The position numbers and the translations under genes are program-made. A model generated the notes under the pieces. It saw nothing but the letters and a program-made list of their open reading frames with translations, was not told the origin of the DNA and did no database searches. From Dictyostelium discoideum (lineage: Eukaryota), in NCBI GenBank assembly GCA_000004695.1, contig CM000154.2, positions 384,001 to 448,000 on the forward strand: a stretch of DNA of 64,000 nt. Reading direction: 5' to 3'. Numbering within the stretch: the stretch's first letter is position 1; the number at the start of each line of letters is the position of its first letter. This document shows, one piece after another, positions 27,083-40,745 of the stretch.

Positions 27083-28141
27083 CCCGGTTTACCAAAGTTT
27101 TGGTTTGGACCGCGGTAAACTTTCCCTATTGGGGGAAAACCCCACACCACCCATTCACACCACATATTAAAAAATTTAAAAATAAAAAAATAAAAAAATA
27201 AAAAAAAATAAAAAAAAATTATCTTCTCTTACAACTGTTACTTGTTTTTTTAATTTTTATAATAATAACAAAAAAAATTTTTTAAAAAAAAAAAAAAAAT
27301 TTAATTTAAAAAAATTAAAATTTCAATACCACCACCTTGCACCATTCACACAAACAGAGTAAATTTCAAAATTTATCACCATATTATTAAATTTTATTAA
27401 ACAGAAATAATAAATTTTTATATAAAAAAAATATATAAAAAATAAATATAATTATAATAAAAAATAAATAAAATTATTATTTTATTTATTACAAATACAA
27501 TAATTAGATTTTAGTAGTTTATCATTTAAATATGTATAATTTTTTTTTTTTTGTATAAATTGTTTTTATAATAAAGCATATTTTTTTATTTTCAAAAAAA
27601 ATAATATATGTATAAAAAAAAAAAAAAAAAAAAAAACTTTTATATTTTTCATTATTATAATTAATTTTTTTTTTTTTTTTTTTTTTAAATTAAATACACT
27701 TGTATACATAATAACTAGAATTTTCCTACCAATATTTTTTATTTCTTTTTCGGTATCACATTGTATTTATCTCTGCAATTTTTTTTTTTTTTTTTTTTTT
27801 ACTAATCCATTACCAATAATTAATTTTTTTTTTTTTTTAATTATCTTTTTTTTTGTTTTTATTTTTTTTATTTTTATTTATTTTTTTTATTTTTTTTTAT
27901 TTTTTTATTTTTTTATTTTCCAAACGACACTTTTCCTTCGTTTTATTAACTTTTTTTATTTTTTATTTTTTTTTCATTTTCATTTTTTTAAAAAAAAAAA
28001 ACTTAATTTAATTTCTAGAATAAAAAACAAAACCTTAAAATATACAACTGTTGAAAATTATAATTTACAAAAACAAATAAATTAAACAAATTAAATAAAA
28101 AAACAAACAAACAAATCAAATCAAATCAAATCAAATTAATA

Positions 28142-29043
28142 ATGAACGCAATTGATAATCAAAATTCAGAATCATTTTTAATAGATGAATCAACATTAGA
28201 TAGCCCATTAAATAGATTAGTTGAAAATCTTACAGAAGAATTTAAAAATGTACAACCAGAAGGATTCACAGGTAATGGTCAAGTTATTGTCAGCCTATTA
28301 ACAGAATATATAAATAATCATAATGATTGGAAAGAATATGTTTTCTATTGTCCATACTCTTATAGTAGAAATTTAATTGCCAAAAATGATATGTTTGAAT
28401 TAATGGTAATTTGTTGGAGAAGAGGTCAACCATCACCAGTTCATAATCATGAAGTATGTAAATTATTAATTAATATTTTATTATTTTATATATATATATA
28501 TATATATATTAATTTTTTTATTATTTTTATTTATTTTTATTTTTTTTTATTTATAAGGATCAAAGATGTTGGATGGGTTGTGTTAAAGGTCAATTAGAAG
28601 AAACATATTATGTATTTAGTGATACAAAGAGTACAAAAGGTGAAGGATTATTAGAACAATCATATACACATCCAATTGATAATGGTTCAGTTGGTTATAT
28701 TACAGATGAGATAGCATTTCATAGAATGCAATCGATTACAGATGAAACAATATCAATTCATTTATATTCTAAACCAATTACTGAATGTAATATTTATTGT
28801 CCAGATAAAGGTACAATCACTAGAAAGAAATTAGGTTATTTCACTCAATATAAAAAGAAAGTTTTAAATTTACCAACTGCTTCTTGTGGAAGTGTACAAC
28901 CATTATCATCAACACCAATCCCTCAATCAATTAATAATACCACTTCAAATAATAGTACAACTGTTTCTGAATGTTTAAATTCAAATTCAAATTCAACAAC
29001 TACAAATTTATCATCATCTTCTTCAAGTGTTTCTTTAATATAA
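28142..29043 (+). CDS. cdo: Cysteine dioxygenase (cupin, CDO type I), two exons: join(28142..28453,28558..29043), 266 aa.
   Basis: Exon 1 ...YVFYCPYSYSRNLIAKNDMFELMVICWRRGQPSPVHNHE. GTATGT donor at 28454. 104-bp intron with (TA)n. Acceptor tttataAG at 28556-28557. Exon 2 DQRCWMGCVKGQLEETYYVF...ISIHLYSKPITECNIY.... This aligns to CDO [37 protein letters not shown]...VSLHLYSPPFDTCH. Confidence 0.8.
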
Positions 29044-29045
29044 TT

Positions 29046-29119
<74 letters not shown>

Positions 29120-29120
29120 N
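29046..29120. repeat. (A)73 homopolymer containing one N, in the convergent 3' intergenic region between cdo and the alpha-mannosidase gene
   Basis: A run from 29047 to 29119 with an n at 29120. Directly observed. Confidence 0.9.
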
Positions 29121-29358
29121 CCACCACTGTAAATTTTCATTAATCATTTTTTTTTTTTCATCATAACAAATATCTACAACTGGGGTTATCATCTTCATTG
29201 ATTATTATAACCATAAAATAAAATAAAAAATAAAAAAAATAAATATAAATATAAATTTTATTTTATTATTTCTTTTTTTTTTTGTTTTGAAAAAACTATT
29301 ATTATTATTATTGTTAAAATTTATTTTTATATTTATTTATTAATTTTATTTTTAATTT

Positions 29359-32300
29359 TTAATTTGAAATAAATCTAAAAGTTTTGATTTCAAATGGATT
29401 AATTTTAATTGTATCATTAAATTTATAAGATTTTGAAGATTGATTAACTTCTTCAAGACCATTACATTCAATGATTGATTTGAATGGAATTGGAAGGATT
29501 GAAGATGTAAAGTTAAAAGTAGTGGCACCACCAAAAGATTCATAAACACGCACAACAAAAGAGGTGCCATCTTCAGCTTTTTTAATTGTATCAACAATGA
29601 TGGCTTCTTTATTTGTTGAGATAAAAGTTTTATCGATATGAGTTGTAGAAGCTAAAGAGAATGGTGTTTCACTGATATAAAAGTTATTATTTAATGAATA
29701 GCCTTCTTTAATGACGGAGGCAGATTGAAGTGAACCACGATGTGGATAAATTGAGTAGGTGAATTTATGAGAACCCATATCACAAGTATCATCGGGTGAT
29801 TTTGGTGATCTTAGTAATGATAAACCAATACGACCACCTAATGTTGAGTAACCATATTTACAATCGTTCAATAATGCCATACCAAAATCATATTCACTAA
29901 GATCGGCCCATTTATGTCCGACAACTTCAAATCTTGCGAAATCCCAACTTGTGTTATAATGAGTTGGACGTTCGATATGACCAAATTGAATTTCATAATT
30001 TGCATTCTTTGCTCTAATATTGGTATCGAAATCGACTCTCAATAGTTTATGAGCTTCATTCCAATTGACATTGGTTTCGAAATCAACACGAGCACTATTG
30101 AAATGAACGATGATGGTTTGGTTAACTGAGCCATTACCACTTGGCAATCCTTTTGAATCATAGTGAACTTGAACCACACAACGAAGTGGACCATTTTCAA
30201 TGATTTTACAAGTTCCCTCCAATATTGACAATGGTTTCTCCAATGAGAAAATCTCTTGATCCCAAGCATCCCAAAATAGACAAGTATCATCGAAAATTAT
30301 TAATCTATTACCCAATGAACCATCTTGTTTAATCACTTCTCTATTTGCTGATTTTTCAATTAAACTTTTAATTCTACCATTGGAACCAATAACAATTGAA
30401 ATGAATTGATTATCAATTAAAATATCACCACTAGCATCATTCTTTTCAATTGCAGTACAAGGATAACCTGGTTTTCTATTGATAGTTCTATTATCACCAC
30501 TTGTTGAGATATTAATTGCAGAGAAACCATTTGGTGGTAAACTTACAGTACCCAATGGTAAACCATTATAAGATGTTTGAATTGCATTGATATATTGAGC
30601 TTGAATATCTTTATTTGATTTTGGAATTTCAATTACTCTACTAATTTCAAAATCATTTGCATTGAATGCTAATACAAATTCAGAATTTTTTGTACATTCA
30701 GTAGTAGAGGTGGTGGTGGTGCTGGTGGTAGTGGAAGTAGTTGGTAAATTATCGATTTTCAATAGAGTACCAGTTATATGATTCATAGATTGTGTGATAA
30801 TATTTTTACATTCAACTAAAACTTGTTGATGAATTTTTAAGATATCTTCATAGCAAACTTGAATTGATGAACCTGGTAATGCATCATGGAATTGACAAAG
30901 TAAAACTTGTTGCCAAAGTTTTGAGAGATTTGGTGATTTAAAACCTTCTACGAATAATTCACAATAGGAAGTTAACATTTCAGTGGCATGCAATTCAATT
31001 TCACATAATCTATTACCTCTTTTTGTAGTGGCTTGTGATGTATAGGTACCACGGTGTAATTCAAAATAAAGTTCACCAACCCATTTATTTAATTTTGAAC
31101 GATGTGGTTCCAATTGTTTGAAGAATTGAGCTGGTGTTGAAAATTCAATTTTTGGTATACCAGCAGTATCTTTTAGTATGGTTAAACGTTCAATCATTGG
31201 AATGGTTGGACCACCACCACCGTCACCATTGCCATAGAGTAACATTGATTCATTGCAACGGTCGATATCCTTATTGTTGCTACTTGACATTACAATTTCC
31301 TTTACATCGGCTTGTGAATTATAAGTATCAGCAGGTGGGAAATGAGTTAACACACTTGATCCGTCAATTCCTTCCCAAATGAATGTACTATGTGGGAATT
31401 TATTTAAATTATTCCAAGACAATTTTTGAGTGATAAAATTTTCAATACCCATATGACGAATAACTTGTGGCAATTGAGCAGAGTAACCAAATGTATCTGG
31501 TAAAAAGAATTCTGTGCATTTTTTACCAAATTCCTTTTCAAAGAATCTTTGGCCGTATAGGAACTGACGGATGAATGATTCACCAGATGGGAGATTACCA
31601 TCCATTTCGACCCATGTACCACCGGTGGGGATGAATTGGCCAGTGACTACTTTCTCTTTGATTCTTTCATAAAGTTCTGGATAGTTCTCTTTGGTCCATT
31701 GGTAAGCTTGTGCTTGAGATTGGGTGAATTTAAATTGTGGGTAGTAATCCATGTAGAGGATTTGTGTGGAGAATGATCTTGCACATTTCTCTTTGGTCTT
31801 TTCAAAACTCCATAACCAGCATAAATCAATATGGCAATGTCCAACTGCCCATACTCTAGTTTGTGATTCTGAATTATGTTGTGAAAAAAACTCTTTCTTT
31901 GCCAATTCAATACATTTTGAAAATGTTCTTGAATCATTTACATTACATTGGTTAATGATATCATTGGCCACCCAAATTGCTTGTTTCTTTCTTAATGATT
32001 CCTTTGGGAAATTCTTACCAACATCATATAACATTTGAAGATACATATACAATTCATTGGCTTCTTTATTCTTTACTCTAATCTCTGCTTTAGTCAATTC
32101 AAATGTTCTATCTGGATCACATGGATTAATTAATCCATCCTTACCAACTCCAAACATACCATTACATGAAATTTCAATATAAAATTCAAAATGTTCTCCA
32201 CCTTTTGAATTTTCAATTAATTTATATTCTTCTCTTAAATCTTGCCATGTTCCACCAATTAAACCTTTTAAAAAAAAAAAAAAAAAAATTAATATAAGTT

Positions 32301-32582
32301 TTTGGGAAAAAAAATAAAAAAAAAATTAATTTACCTTGAATTGCAATACCATTCATCCAAATTAAACCTTCACAAGATGAATTCCAAATGAAATGAATAG
32401 TTTTATCTTTCCAATCAGTTGGTACGTCAATTGTAACTTTAAACCAATAATTTGTCCATGATGGTCCAAATGATTCTCCAATCTTTGTATCTTTATATTC
32501 AAGTTGAATTGCATCTTTAAATTTAAAAAAAATAATAAATAATAAATAATAAATAATAAATAATAAATAATAAATAATAATA

Positions 32583-32661
<79 letters not shown>

Positions 32662-32666
32662 TATAA

Positions 32667-32716
<50 letters not shown>

Positions 32717-32933
32717 ATAAATTTAAAAAAAAAAAATATAATAAAAAAAACATACCTTTATAAGAAATTCCTTCAACTTTTGGAGATACTTTAACTTTTA
32801 CAGCTTCTGATGATTTTAAAGAAATTAATTTTCCATAAAGGTTTTCTCTTACGAAATAGGTATCACTAAGAAATTTTTCAATTCTTTCAATTGTAACATC
32901 TTGATGTTTTAACATTACATTACCAGATGTCAT
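29359..32933 (-). CDS. Cytosolic alpha-mannosidase, glycoside hydrolase family 38 (MAN2C1-like), three exons: complement(join(29359..32264,32335..32514,32756..32933)), about 1087 aa.
   Basis: Exon 1 MTSGNVMLKHQDVTIERIEKFLSDTYF... (compare MAN2C1 LERAEKFISDIYF). GTATGT donor (RC at 32750-32755). 241-bp intron rich in (AAT)n and (AATAAAT)n. Exon 2 DAIQLEYKDTKIGESFGPSWTNYWFKVTIDVP...EGLIWMNGIAIQG (compare DSFGPTWWTCWFRV...EGLVWRDGEPVQG). GTAAAT donor (RC at 32329-32334). 70-bp intron. Exon 3 carries GHCHIDLCWLW, VTGQFIPTGGTWVEMDGNLPSGES, LPDTFGYSAQLPQ and TYEIQFGHIERPTHYNTSWDFARFEV, all GH38 hallmarks. Confidence 0.85.
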
Positions 32934-33697
32934 TTTTGTTTATTATTGTTTTTATTTTACTAAAATAGAAAAATAAAAAAATAAATAAATATTATTATTA
33001 TAAATTTTATTAAAATAGAAAAATAAAAATAAAAAATAAAAATAATAAACAATAGATTTATAAAAATAAAAAAAAAAAAAATAAAAATATTGAACCAAAA
33101 AAAAAAAAAAAAAAAAAACAATGTGTGTTGTTTTTTTTTTTCAATTATTAATTTCAAGAAAAAAAAAAAAAGAAAAAAAAAATTAAAAAAATTAATTTTA
33201 AAAAATCTTTGGTGATCATCAAAAATTATGTTGACCCTTTGTTTTCTCCATTTTTCAAAAAAAGAAAAATGAAAAAATGAAAAAAAAATAAATAAATAAA
33301 ATAATAACAATAATAATAATAATAGATAATAAAGTTTAAATAATAATTGGTATAAACAAATATTTATATATTTATTTATTTATTTCATTTTTTTATTTTT
33401 TTTATTTCATTTTAATTCTTTGTTGAAATTGAAATTAAAATTAAAATTAAAATTTAAAATTTTATAATTCCATTAAAAGACCTACCTAAATAAAATAAAA
33501 AAAATAAAATAAAAAAAATAAAAAATAGTAAATTCCCCCAAATTTTAAAATCAAATTAATATATATTTAATCTAATCTCATGATTTTTATTTTCTATTTT
33601 TATTTTTAATTATATAATTATTTAATTAACCAAATTTAGTGATAAAAAAAAAAAAACAAAACTAATTTGCCATAAAAAAAATAAAAAATAATAAAAC

Positions 33698-33746
<49 letters not shown>

Positions 33747-33963
33747 GAAAAAAAAAAAAATTAAAAATAAAAAAAAAAAAATTAAAATTAATTTTTTTTT
33801 TTTTTATCAATTCTTTCGTTTTTTTCCAAACAATTCTCCAAAACTAAACTATAGTGTTTGTGTGTGTATATACAAATAAAATCATAAAAAAATATCAAAA
33901 TATCAAAATAAATAAATAAATAAACACACTATAATATTATTGTATATATATATATAAAATAAA

Positions 33964-34517
33964 ATGACAGAAGTTATTGAAACCAAAGAAGTTGAGAATA
34001 TTATCTCTGAACAATCATTAAAAACAGAATCAGTTAAAGTTAGTAATAAAAGATCAAGAGATGATGAAGAAATGAAAGATTCAGAGGGTGGTGTTAAAAA
34101 AACATCTTTCCCACAAATTAGTGTTGAAGATACTGTAAATTATCAATTTATAATTATCATTTATTTTTTTTTATTTTTTTTATTTTTTTATTTTTTTTAA
34201 ATCAACCAATCACCATCATAAATATATAACTAATATTAATATTAACATATATAAAATTGAATTATTATAGGAAGAAGAACAAATTAGAAAAGTTACTATA
34301 CCATTTAATAGAATTGCACCATTAAAAGCCAACTGGCAACAAATTTATGAACCAATCGTTACACATCTTAAATTACAAATTAGAATGAATACAAAAACAA
34401 GAAAAGTTGAATTAAAAACCTCAAAATCTACTAAAGAAACATCTGCCCTTCAAAAAGCAGCTGATTTTGTACATGCTTTTTCTCTTGGTTTTGAAGTTAA
34501 TGTATGGGAATAAAAAA

Positions 34518-34552
<35 letters not shown>

Positions 34553-34881
34553 CATCATTTATTTAGGAATTTAAATACTAATCCATCATTCATTTTCATT
34601 CATTCATTATTATAGGATGCAGTAGCAATATTAAGATTAGACGATTTATATATAGATTCATTTGATGTTGAAGATGTTAAAATATTAAAAGGAGATAATT
34701 TATCTCGTGCTATTGGTCGTGTAGCTGGTAAAGATGGTAAAACTAAATTCACAATTGAAAATGTTACAAAAACTAGAATAGTTTTAGCTGATAAGTATGT
34801 ACTATAATGAAACTAAGTTTCACTTGAATTATTTATTGTTTTAGACATTAATATGAATCACAATATTAATATAAAACCATT

Positions 34882-34922
<41 letters not shown>

Positions 34923-35093
34923 TATTATTATTATTATTGTTATTATTATTATAGACGTATTCATATTTTAGGATCATATTCCAACATTAGAGTTGCAAAA
35001 GATGCAATTTGTGACTTAATTATTGGTTCACCACCAGGTAAAGTTTACGCAAAATTAAGAACAGTTTCAAGTAGAATTGCAGAACGTTTCTAA
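33964..35093 (+). CDS. pno1: RNA-binding protein PNO1/Dim2 (KH domain; pre-40S assembly factor), four exons: join(33964..34134,34271..34501,34616..34794,34955..35093), 239 aa.
   Basis: Donors GTAAAT (34135), GTATGG (34502), GTATGT (34795). Acceptors attattatAG (34269-34270), tattatAG (34614-34615), ttattatAG (34953-34954). The spliced product ...[175 protein letters not shown] is collinear with human PNO1 over its whole conserved length. Intron 3 contains (CAT)n/(ATT)n. Confidence 0.85.
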
Positions 35094-35275
35094 ATTGCAA
35101 GAAAAAAAAATAAAAAAAAAAAGAACAAAAAAAAATTAAAAAATAAAAAAAAGAAAAAAAATTTTAAAAAAAAAAAAAAGATTTCTGTATGTTTTATTAT
35201 TATTATTATTTAATTACTATTTCTAAGGTTGAATTGTTATTACTTTTTGGATTTGGTTCTGAATGATAATGTAAT

Positions 35276-35854
35276 CTAATTTTTAATATCTCTTAAATTG
35301 GCAGCTTCAACTTTTTTTGCGATTGCTTTTGCAATAGTTTCATCGAAATGGATATCTTTTAATTTTAAATATTCAATTGTTACGCCATATTTATTTAGAG
35401 CTTCTTTTAATTCATCATGGATTTGATTTGAGATTTTATCGCGGTTATGTAAAACTTGATCCAAGGTATTGTGAGATAATATTTCACAAACTTTAATTTG
35501 TGCCATTTCATTAACAAGTAATATACAATCATTGGCTTTGGTAACTGCTAATTTCGGGTCATGGATTCTGAAAACTACAAGTGCATCAACTGTTAAATTA
35601 ATATTATCCTTGGAAATGATCTTTTGTTTGTCTAATGTATATGTGAAAGTTCTAATATCAACAATATCACATTTTTGAATGAATGGAATAACTATATGAA
35701 ATCCTGCTTCTTTCACTGTATGAAATTTTCCAAAATTAAATACAACACCACGTTCATATTGATTTAAAATTTTAAAAAATCCTCTCTTATTAAATCTTTG
35801 AGTTTGTTTTGTAAATTTAATTGCTGTTGTTGATAATTTTTTAATTGAATTCAT
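35276..35854 (-). CDS. Stomatin-like / SPFH (band 7) domain protein, probably mitochondrial SLP-2-like
   Basis: YERGVVFNFGKFHTVKEAGFHIVIPFIQKCDIVDIRTFTYTLDKQKIISKDNINLTVDALVVFRIHDPKLAV...LSHNTLDQVLHNRDKISNQIHDELKEALNKYGVTIEYLKLKDIHF matches the stomatin-family core (YERGVVFRLGR...PGLHFIIPFID...VDLRT...ITKDNV...VDAVVYYRV...WGI.VERVEIKDV). Single exon. Confidence 0.75.
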   Translation of the reverse strand: MNSIKKLSTTAIKFTKQTQRFNKRGFFKILNQYERGVVFNFGKFHTVKEAGFHIVIPFIQKCDIVDIRTFTYTLDKQKIISKDNINLTVDALVVFRIHDPKLAVTKANDCILLVNEMAQIKVCEILSHNTLDQVLHNRDKISNQIHDELKEALNKYGVTIEYLKLKDIHFDETIAKAIAKKVEAANLRDIKN

Positions 35855-35893
35855 TATATTTATTTTAATTTACAATTATTTAAATTTGTTATT

Positions 35894-35928
<35 letters not shown>

Positions 35929-36290
35929 TTTTATTTTGAATAAAAAAAAAAAAAAGATATTTATGGAAAATGAAAATTTAGGTTTTTTGAGAAATGGCAT
36001 TTTAGGTTGGAATTACAACCTTAAAAGTGAAAAAATTATTTAAAAATAAATTAAAAATCGAGTTTCATAATCTTTGAAAAAAAAAAAAAAAAACAAAAAA
36101 AAAAACAAAAAGCAGATTAAAACACACAATTATTACTTTTTTTTTTTTTTTTTTTTTTTATTATTATTAAAAGAACATAAATTTAATTTTATTTTTTTAA
36201 CTTTGTTATAAAAAAAAAAAAAAAAAAATAGTTTATTAATTTAATTAATAAAATTTTAAAAATAAAACTATTATTTTTATTATTAATAGT

Positions 36291-37614
36291 TTATGGAATT
36301 GTAATTTTTGATTCATCAATATGATGACTATGAATTTGTTGTTTAGAATCTGAAACTCTCATCATTCTTGGTTTAAGGAAAGAATATTCTAGTGATACAT
36401 CAGTATCAATATCCAATTCATCAGCACAATGTAATGGCCAGAATGGGTCCCTTAAGAAAGCACGTGCCATCATAACAATATCACATTTATTGGTTTCTAA
36501 AATACTATCAGCTTCATTTGGTTTATTAATTAAACCAACGGCAGCAGTTTTTAAATTTGTATTTCTCTTTATTTGTTCTGCAAATTTAACTTGGTATAAT
36601 GGACCACCTTGAATTTTTTGATCAATTGAATTACCACCAGATGAGCAGTCAAGAATATCCTGTATATAATTATTAAAATTATTATTATTATTAGAATATA
36701 TATGTGATATAGTTAATTTATTGGAAAAACTTACAACACCAAGAGATTCAAGAATTTTAGCTAAACGAACAGTATCTTCTATATGCCAACCATCTTTCAC
36801 CCATTCTTCACAAGATAATCTTACTGATAATGGTTTTGACATTGGCCAAACGGTACGGACAGCTTTAACAATATCAATTAAGAATTTAATACGACCATTA
36901 AAATCACCACCATATTGATCGGTACGTTTATTTGAAGTTGGTGAAAGGAATGATGAAATTAAATAACCATGAGCACCATGAATTTCAATCATATCGAAAC
37001 CAATTTTTAAACATCTTTCAGCTGATTCCCTAAATTGATTAATAACAATATTGATATCATCTAATGTCATTTCTTTTGGCACTGTTGAACCTGGACCCCA
37101 TGAAATATCAGATGGTCCAATTGGTAACCATCCATGTCCATTTGTATCATCAATTGGAATACTTTCATTTCTTTTTCCTAAAAATGGTGGATGAGTTGAT
37201 GCTTTACGACCTGCATGAGCAATTTGAATTGATGTTTTCTATTTAAAATAATAAAAAAAAAAAATAAATAATTATTAGTTTTTAATTAATTAAATAAATA
37301 AAATAAAAAAAAAAAATAAAAAAAAAAAATATAAACATACACAATCAAATTGACGAATGAAATTAACAATTCTTTTTAATGGTTCCATTTGTTCATCTTT
37401 CCATAATCCTGCATCTGCATACGTAATTCTACCGATATCACTTACTGCAGTGGCCTCCATAACAATCATAGAGGCACCACCCCTTGCAAATGTACCATAA
37501 TGCACTAAATGGTAATCACTCATAAATCCATCAATACTAAAATATTTAATATTATTTTTTATTTTTATTTTAAAAAAATAAAAAAATAATTATAGATTAA
37601 TAAAAAGAAATTAT

Positions 37615-37645
<31 letters not shown>

Positions 37646-37842
37646 TTTAAAATTATACTTTACCTACTATATTGACACATTGGACTAACAACAATTCTAT
37701 TTTTTAATGTTAAATCTTTAACTGTTAATGGAGTGAAAATTTTTGGAGTTGATTGTGTAAGTTCAACTGGTTTACCAGAACTTCCATAATGTTTTGGTAA
37801 AGCATATGGATAAATAAATTCTTTAATCATATGTTGTTGCAT
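36291..37842 (-). CDS. NADH:flavin oxidoreductase, Old Yellow Enzyme family (YqjM-like), four exons: complement(join(36291..36659,36735..37238,37341..37536,37664..37842)), about 415 aa.
   Basis: Exon 1 ...[23 protein letters not shown]. Exon 2 [32 protein letters not shown]...IRQFDC. Exon 3a [14 protein letters not shown]...[25 protein letters not shown]...[10 protein letters not shown]. Exon 3b [11 protein letters not shown]...FLRDPFW. Donors GTAAAG, GTATGT, GTAAGT. A 75-nt in-frame intron (36660-36734, GTAAGT...atatacAG) is read through by the track ORF, but the OYE alignment (ELGVDLIDVSSGG) requires its removal. Confidence 0.8.
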
Positions 37843-38253
37843 TTTTGTTATTATTATTATTTTTTACTAAATTCTATTTCCAAAATGAAAAATTATTTTT
37901 ATACTTGGGCTTTTTAATAAAAAAAAAAAAAAAATAAAAAAAAAAAAAAAATTTAATATTATTTTTAGATTTTTAAAAATTTTCTAAAAATAGTAATTTT
38001 TTTTTATTTTTTATTTTTTATTTTTATTTTTTTATTTCTAATTCCAAAAAAATAATAAATCTTAAAAATTACAAAAAAAAAAAAAAATATAAAAAAAATA
38101 AAAAAAAATAAAAAAAAATATAAATAGTTTTATATTATATCTATTGTTTTTTTTTATTTTCTTTTATTTTTTTATTTATTTATTTTAAAAAATAGTATTA
38201 TTACTTTTTTTATTTTATTTTATTTTATTTTAATTTGTAATTTTAATTTTAAT

Positions 38254-39245
38254 TTATTTTTTTAATGATAATTTCTTTTCAATTTCTTTAATTACTGAGA
38301 GAGCACAATCAGTGATTCTACTACCAGGACCAAAGATTGCAACTACACCATGTTGATAAAGGAAATCATAATCTTGAGGTGGAATAACACCACCACAAAT
38401 TACAGAGATATGAGAGGCATCCAATTTCTTTAATTCATCGATTAACTCTGGTACAAGTGTTTTATGACCAGCGGCTAAAGAGCTAACACCAACAACGTGG
38501 ACATCACTTTCAACGGCACTTTTAGCGACTTCTTTAGCGGTGGAAAAGAGTGGAGATATATCGACATCGAAACCCAAATCAGAGAAGCCAGAAGCAACCA
38601 CTTTAGCACCACGATCGTGGCCGTCTTGACCCATTTTGGCAACTAAAATTCTTGGTGGACGACCTTGTTCTTTTGTGAATTTTTTAACGGCATCAATGAC
38701 GGCATCGATTTCATTAGTTTTGCCATAGGCTGATTTGTAAGCACCACTAGCCAAAGAATGAGTTGGAACATAACGACCATAAACAACCTCCAAAGCATCA
38801 GAGATTTCACCAACGGTACAACGAGCACGAGCAGCATTGATTGACAATTCCAAGAGATTACCTTTACCAGTTTTAGCGGCTTCGGTGAGGGCTTCAAGAC
38901 ATTTCTTTGCCTCTTCAGAGTTACGAGTTGCCTTGATTCTCTTGAGACGTTCGATTTGAGCCTCTTTAACTTTTTTATTATCGATTGAAAGAATATCTAA
39001 TTTCTCCTCCTCTTTTAATTTATATTTATTTACACCAACGATAGTTTCGATGCCACTATCGATACGAGCTTGACGACTTGCAGCCGATTCTTCGATTCTA
39101 CGTTTTGGTAAACCCTCGGTGACAGCTTTAGCCATACCACCCATTTTTTCAACTTCTTCAATGATCTCCAAAGCTATGTAATCACGAAAATACCCAAAAA
39201 TATTACCAAACTTTGTCCATAAACCTAAAAAACAGATATTTTTTT
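38254..39245 (-). pseudogene. Methylmalonyl-CoA mutase, C-terminal half only (linker plus cobalamin-binding domain). Lone 3' exon with intact acceptor; N-terminal catalytic (beta/alpha)8 domain absent from the window neighbourhood.
   Basis: ...[69 protein letters not shown]...[76 protein letters not shown]...[30 protein letters not shown] is collinear with human MUT residues about 425-750, including the B12-binding DxHxxG motif. The frame opens only at ttttttAG (plus about 39246) with no in-frame ATG before it. No coding for the approx. 420-aa N-terminal domain exists on this strand anywhere between 39.2 and 44.3 kb. Confidence 0.65.
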
Positions 39246-40019
39246 TTTATCTATTTTTAAAAAAAGATATACCTTTTTTTTTTAATTAAAAAAAATGTTT
39301 AGAAAAAAAAAAAAAAAAAAATTAAAAACCGAGATAATTTCTGTGATTCTCGAAAAAAATAATAAAAATAATAATACAAAAAGAAACTTCATGGAAAAAA
39401 AAGAAAAAAGAAAAAAGAAAATCTAATATCCTACACACGACAGTTCATAATTATAGTGCAATTGCAAAATAAAAAAATCGGTTAGGGGTGGATAATTAAA
39501 TAATCAAAAAAAAAAACAATTTTTAAAAAAAAAAATAAAAAAATTAAAAATTCGTGTGTGTAACTGACAACAAATCATTCTTAAAAAAAAAATAAAAAAT
39601 AAAAAATATCATTGCATGTGAATATGATAACTAAAAAAAAAAAACTTCCTTAATTAAAAATAAAAAAAAAACTCAAAGTCATTTAATTAATAATCATCTC
39701 AAATATAAACAAAATTTTAGTACTAAAATTATTATTATTATTATTTTTATTATAATAATTATAATAATAAAAAAAAAAAAAAAAAAAATTTTCATATTAT
39801 TTTATTTATATCTTTTATTTATTTTTATCTTTTTATTTTTATTATTAATTTTATAATTTATTTTCATTTCTTTTTTTTTTAGTTGATATATATTTTTTTA
39901 TTATTCATTTATGTCTACGGCTCACAAAAAAAAAAATTAAAAATAAAAAAAAAAATTAAAAATTAAAAAAAAAAAAAAAAAAAAAAATTAAAATAATTTT
40001 TTTTTTTTAATTTTTTATT

Positions 40020-40440
40020 TTAATTATTGACTCTTCTACTTTCTCTTTTGTTACTAACAGATGAAGTTTCGTTTGAAAATCTTTTGGTAAAATCAGCATC
40101 AGATTGTAATTGATTAGCTCTTTTTTTACCCGTTTTGTTTTTGTTTGATTGAGTTGTGATTCCACCATTATTGGAAGTTGTTGCAGCTTCATGTGTTGAT
40201 CTAACTTCGGTGGTAGAGTGCTCGATTGCTTTTTCAACTAGGTCATCTGTTGATTTTCTTTTGGTTATTTCGATATCCCTTTGCAATTTATTTTACTTGT
40301 CTCCGCCTCTCTAAATTCAACATTTACTTTGTACTTCAAATCATTTTTATCAATAGTAACTTCGTTAAATAATACACCAAATTCATCACTTTGATTGAAT
40401 TCAACATCTTTAAATTCCAAAAAAGCGACATCTTCGGGTG
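40020..40440 (-). CDS. Small hypothetical acidic/basic protein (about 153 aa if two homopolymer indels are corrected)
   Basis: The ATG frame (MSLFW...) switches at T6 (about 40423) into EDVAFLEFKDVEFNQSDEFGVLFNEVTIDKNDLKYKVNVEFREAETSK, then at A4 (about 40275) into ...QRDIEITKRKSTDDLVEKAIEHSTTEVRSTHEAATTSNNGGITTQSNKNKTGKKRANQLQSDADFTKRFSNETSSVSNKRESRRVNN*. Adding one T and one A gives a single clean ORF. GC content higher than the flanks. Family not recognised. Confidence 0.3.
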
Positions 40441-40605
40441 GAAAAATAAAAAAATAAAAAAAAAAAATACTTTTTAATTTTTTTAATTTTTTTTTTATAT
40501 TTTTTTTTTTAATTTTTTTTTTTTATTTTATTTTTTAAAGTTTCGAACAATTATATATAAAAAAAAAGTAAAAGATATCCCTTCGGTCAATTAAATAATA
40601 GTAAT

Positions 40606-40606
<1 letters not shown>

Positions 40607-40649
<43 letters not shown>

Positions 40650-40651
40650 TA

Positions 40652-40744
<93 letters not shown>
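40607..40744. repeat. (AAT)n microsatellite, about 46 units, intergenic
   Basis: Directly observed perfect trinucleotide array with one internal variant (aacaataatataataat). Confidence 0.95.

Positions 40745-40745
<1 letters not shown>

Noticed and set aside
32515-32755. Possible small ORF or repeat element between mannosidase exons
   Set aside because: It is a 241-bp intron made of (AAT)n/(AATAAAT)n and poly-T. It is bounded by canonical donor and acceptor sites, and the exons either side align to MAN2C1.
38643-38897. 84-aa minus-strand alternate-frame ORF inside the MUT exon
   Set aside because: It overlaps, in another frame, a strongly conserved coding region.
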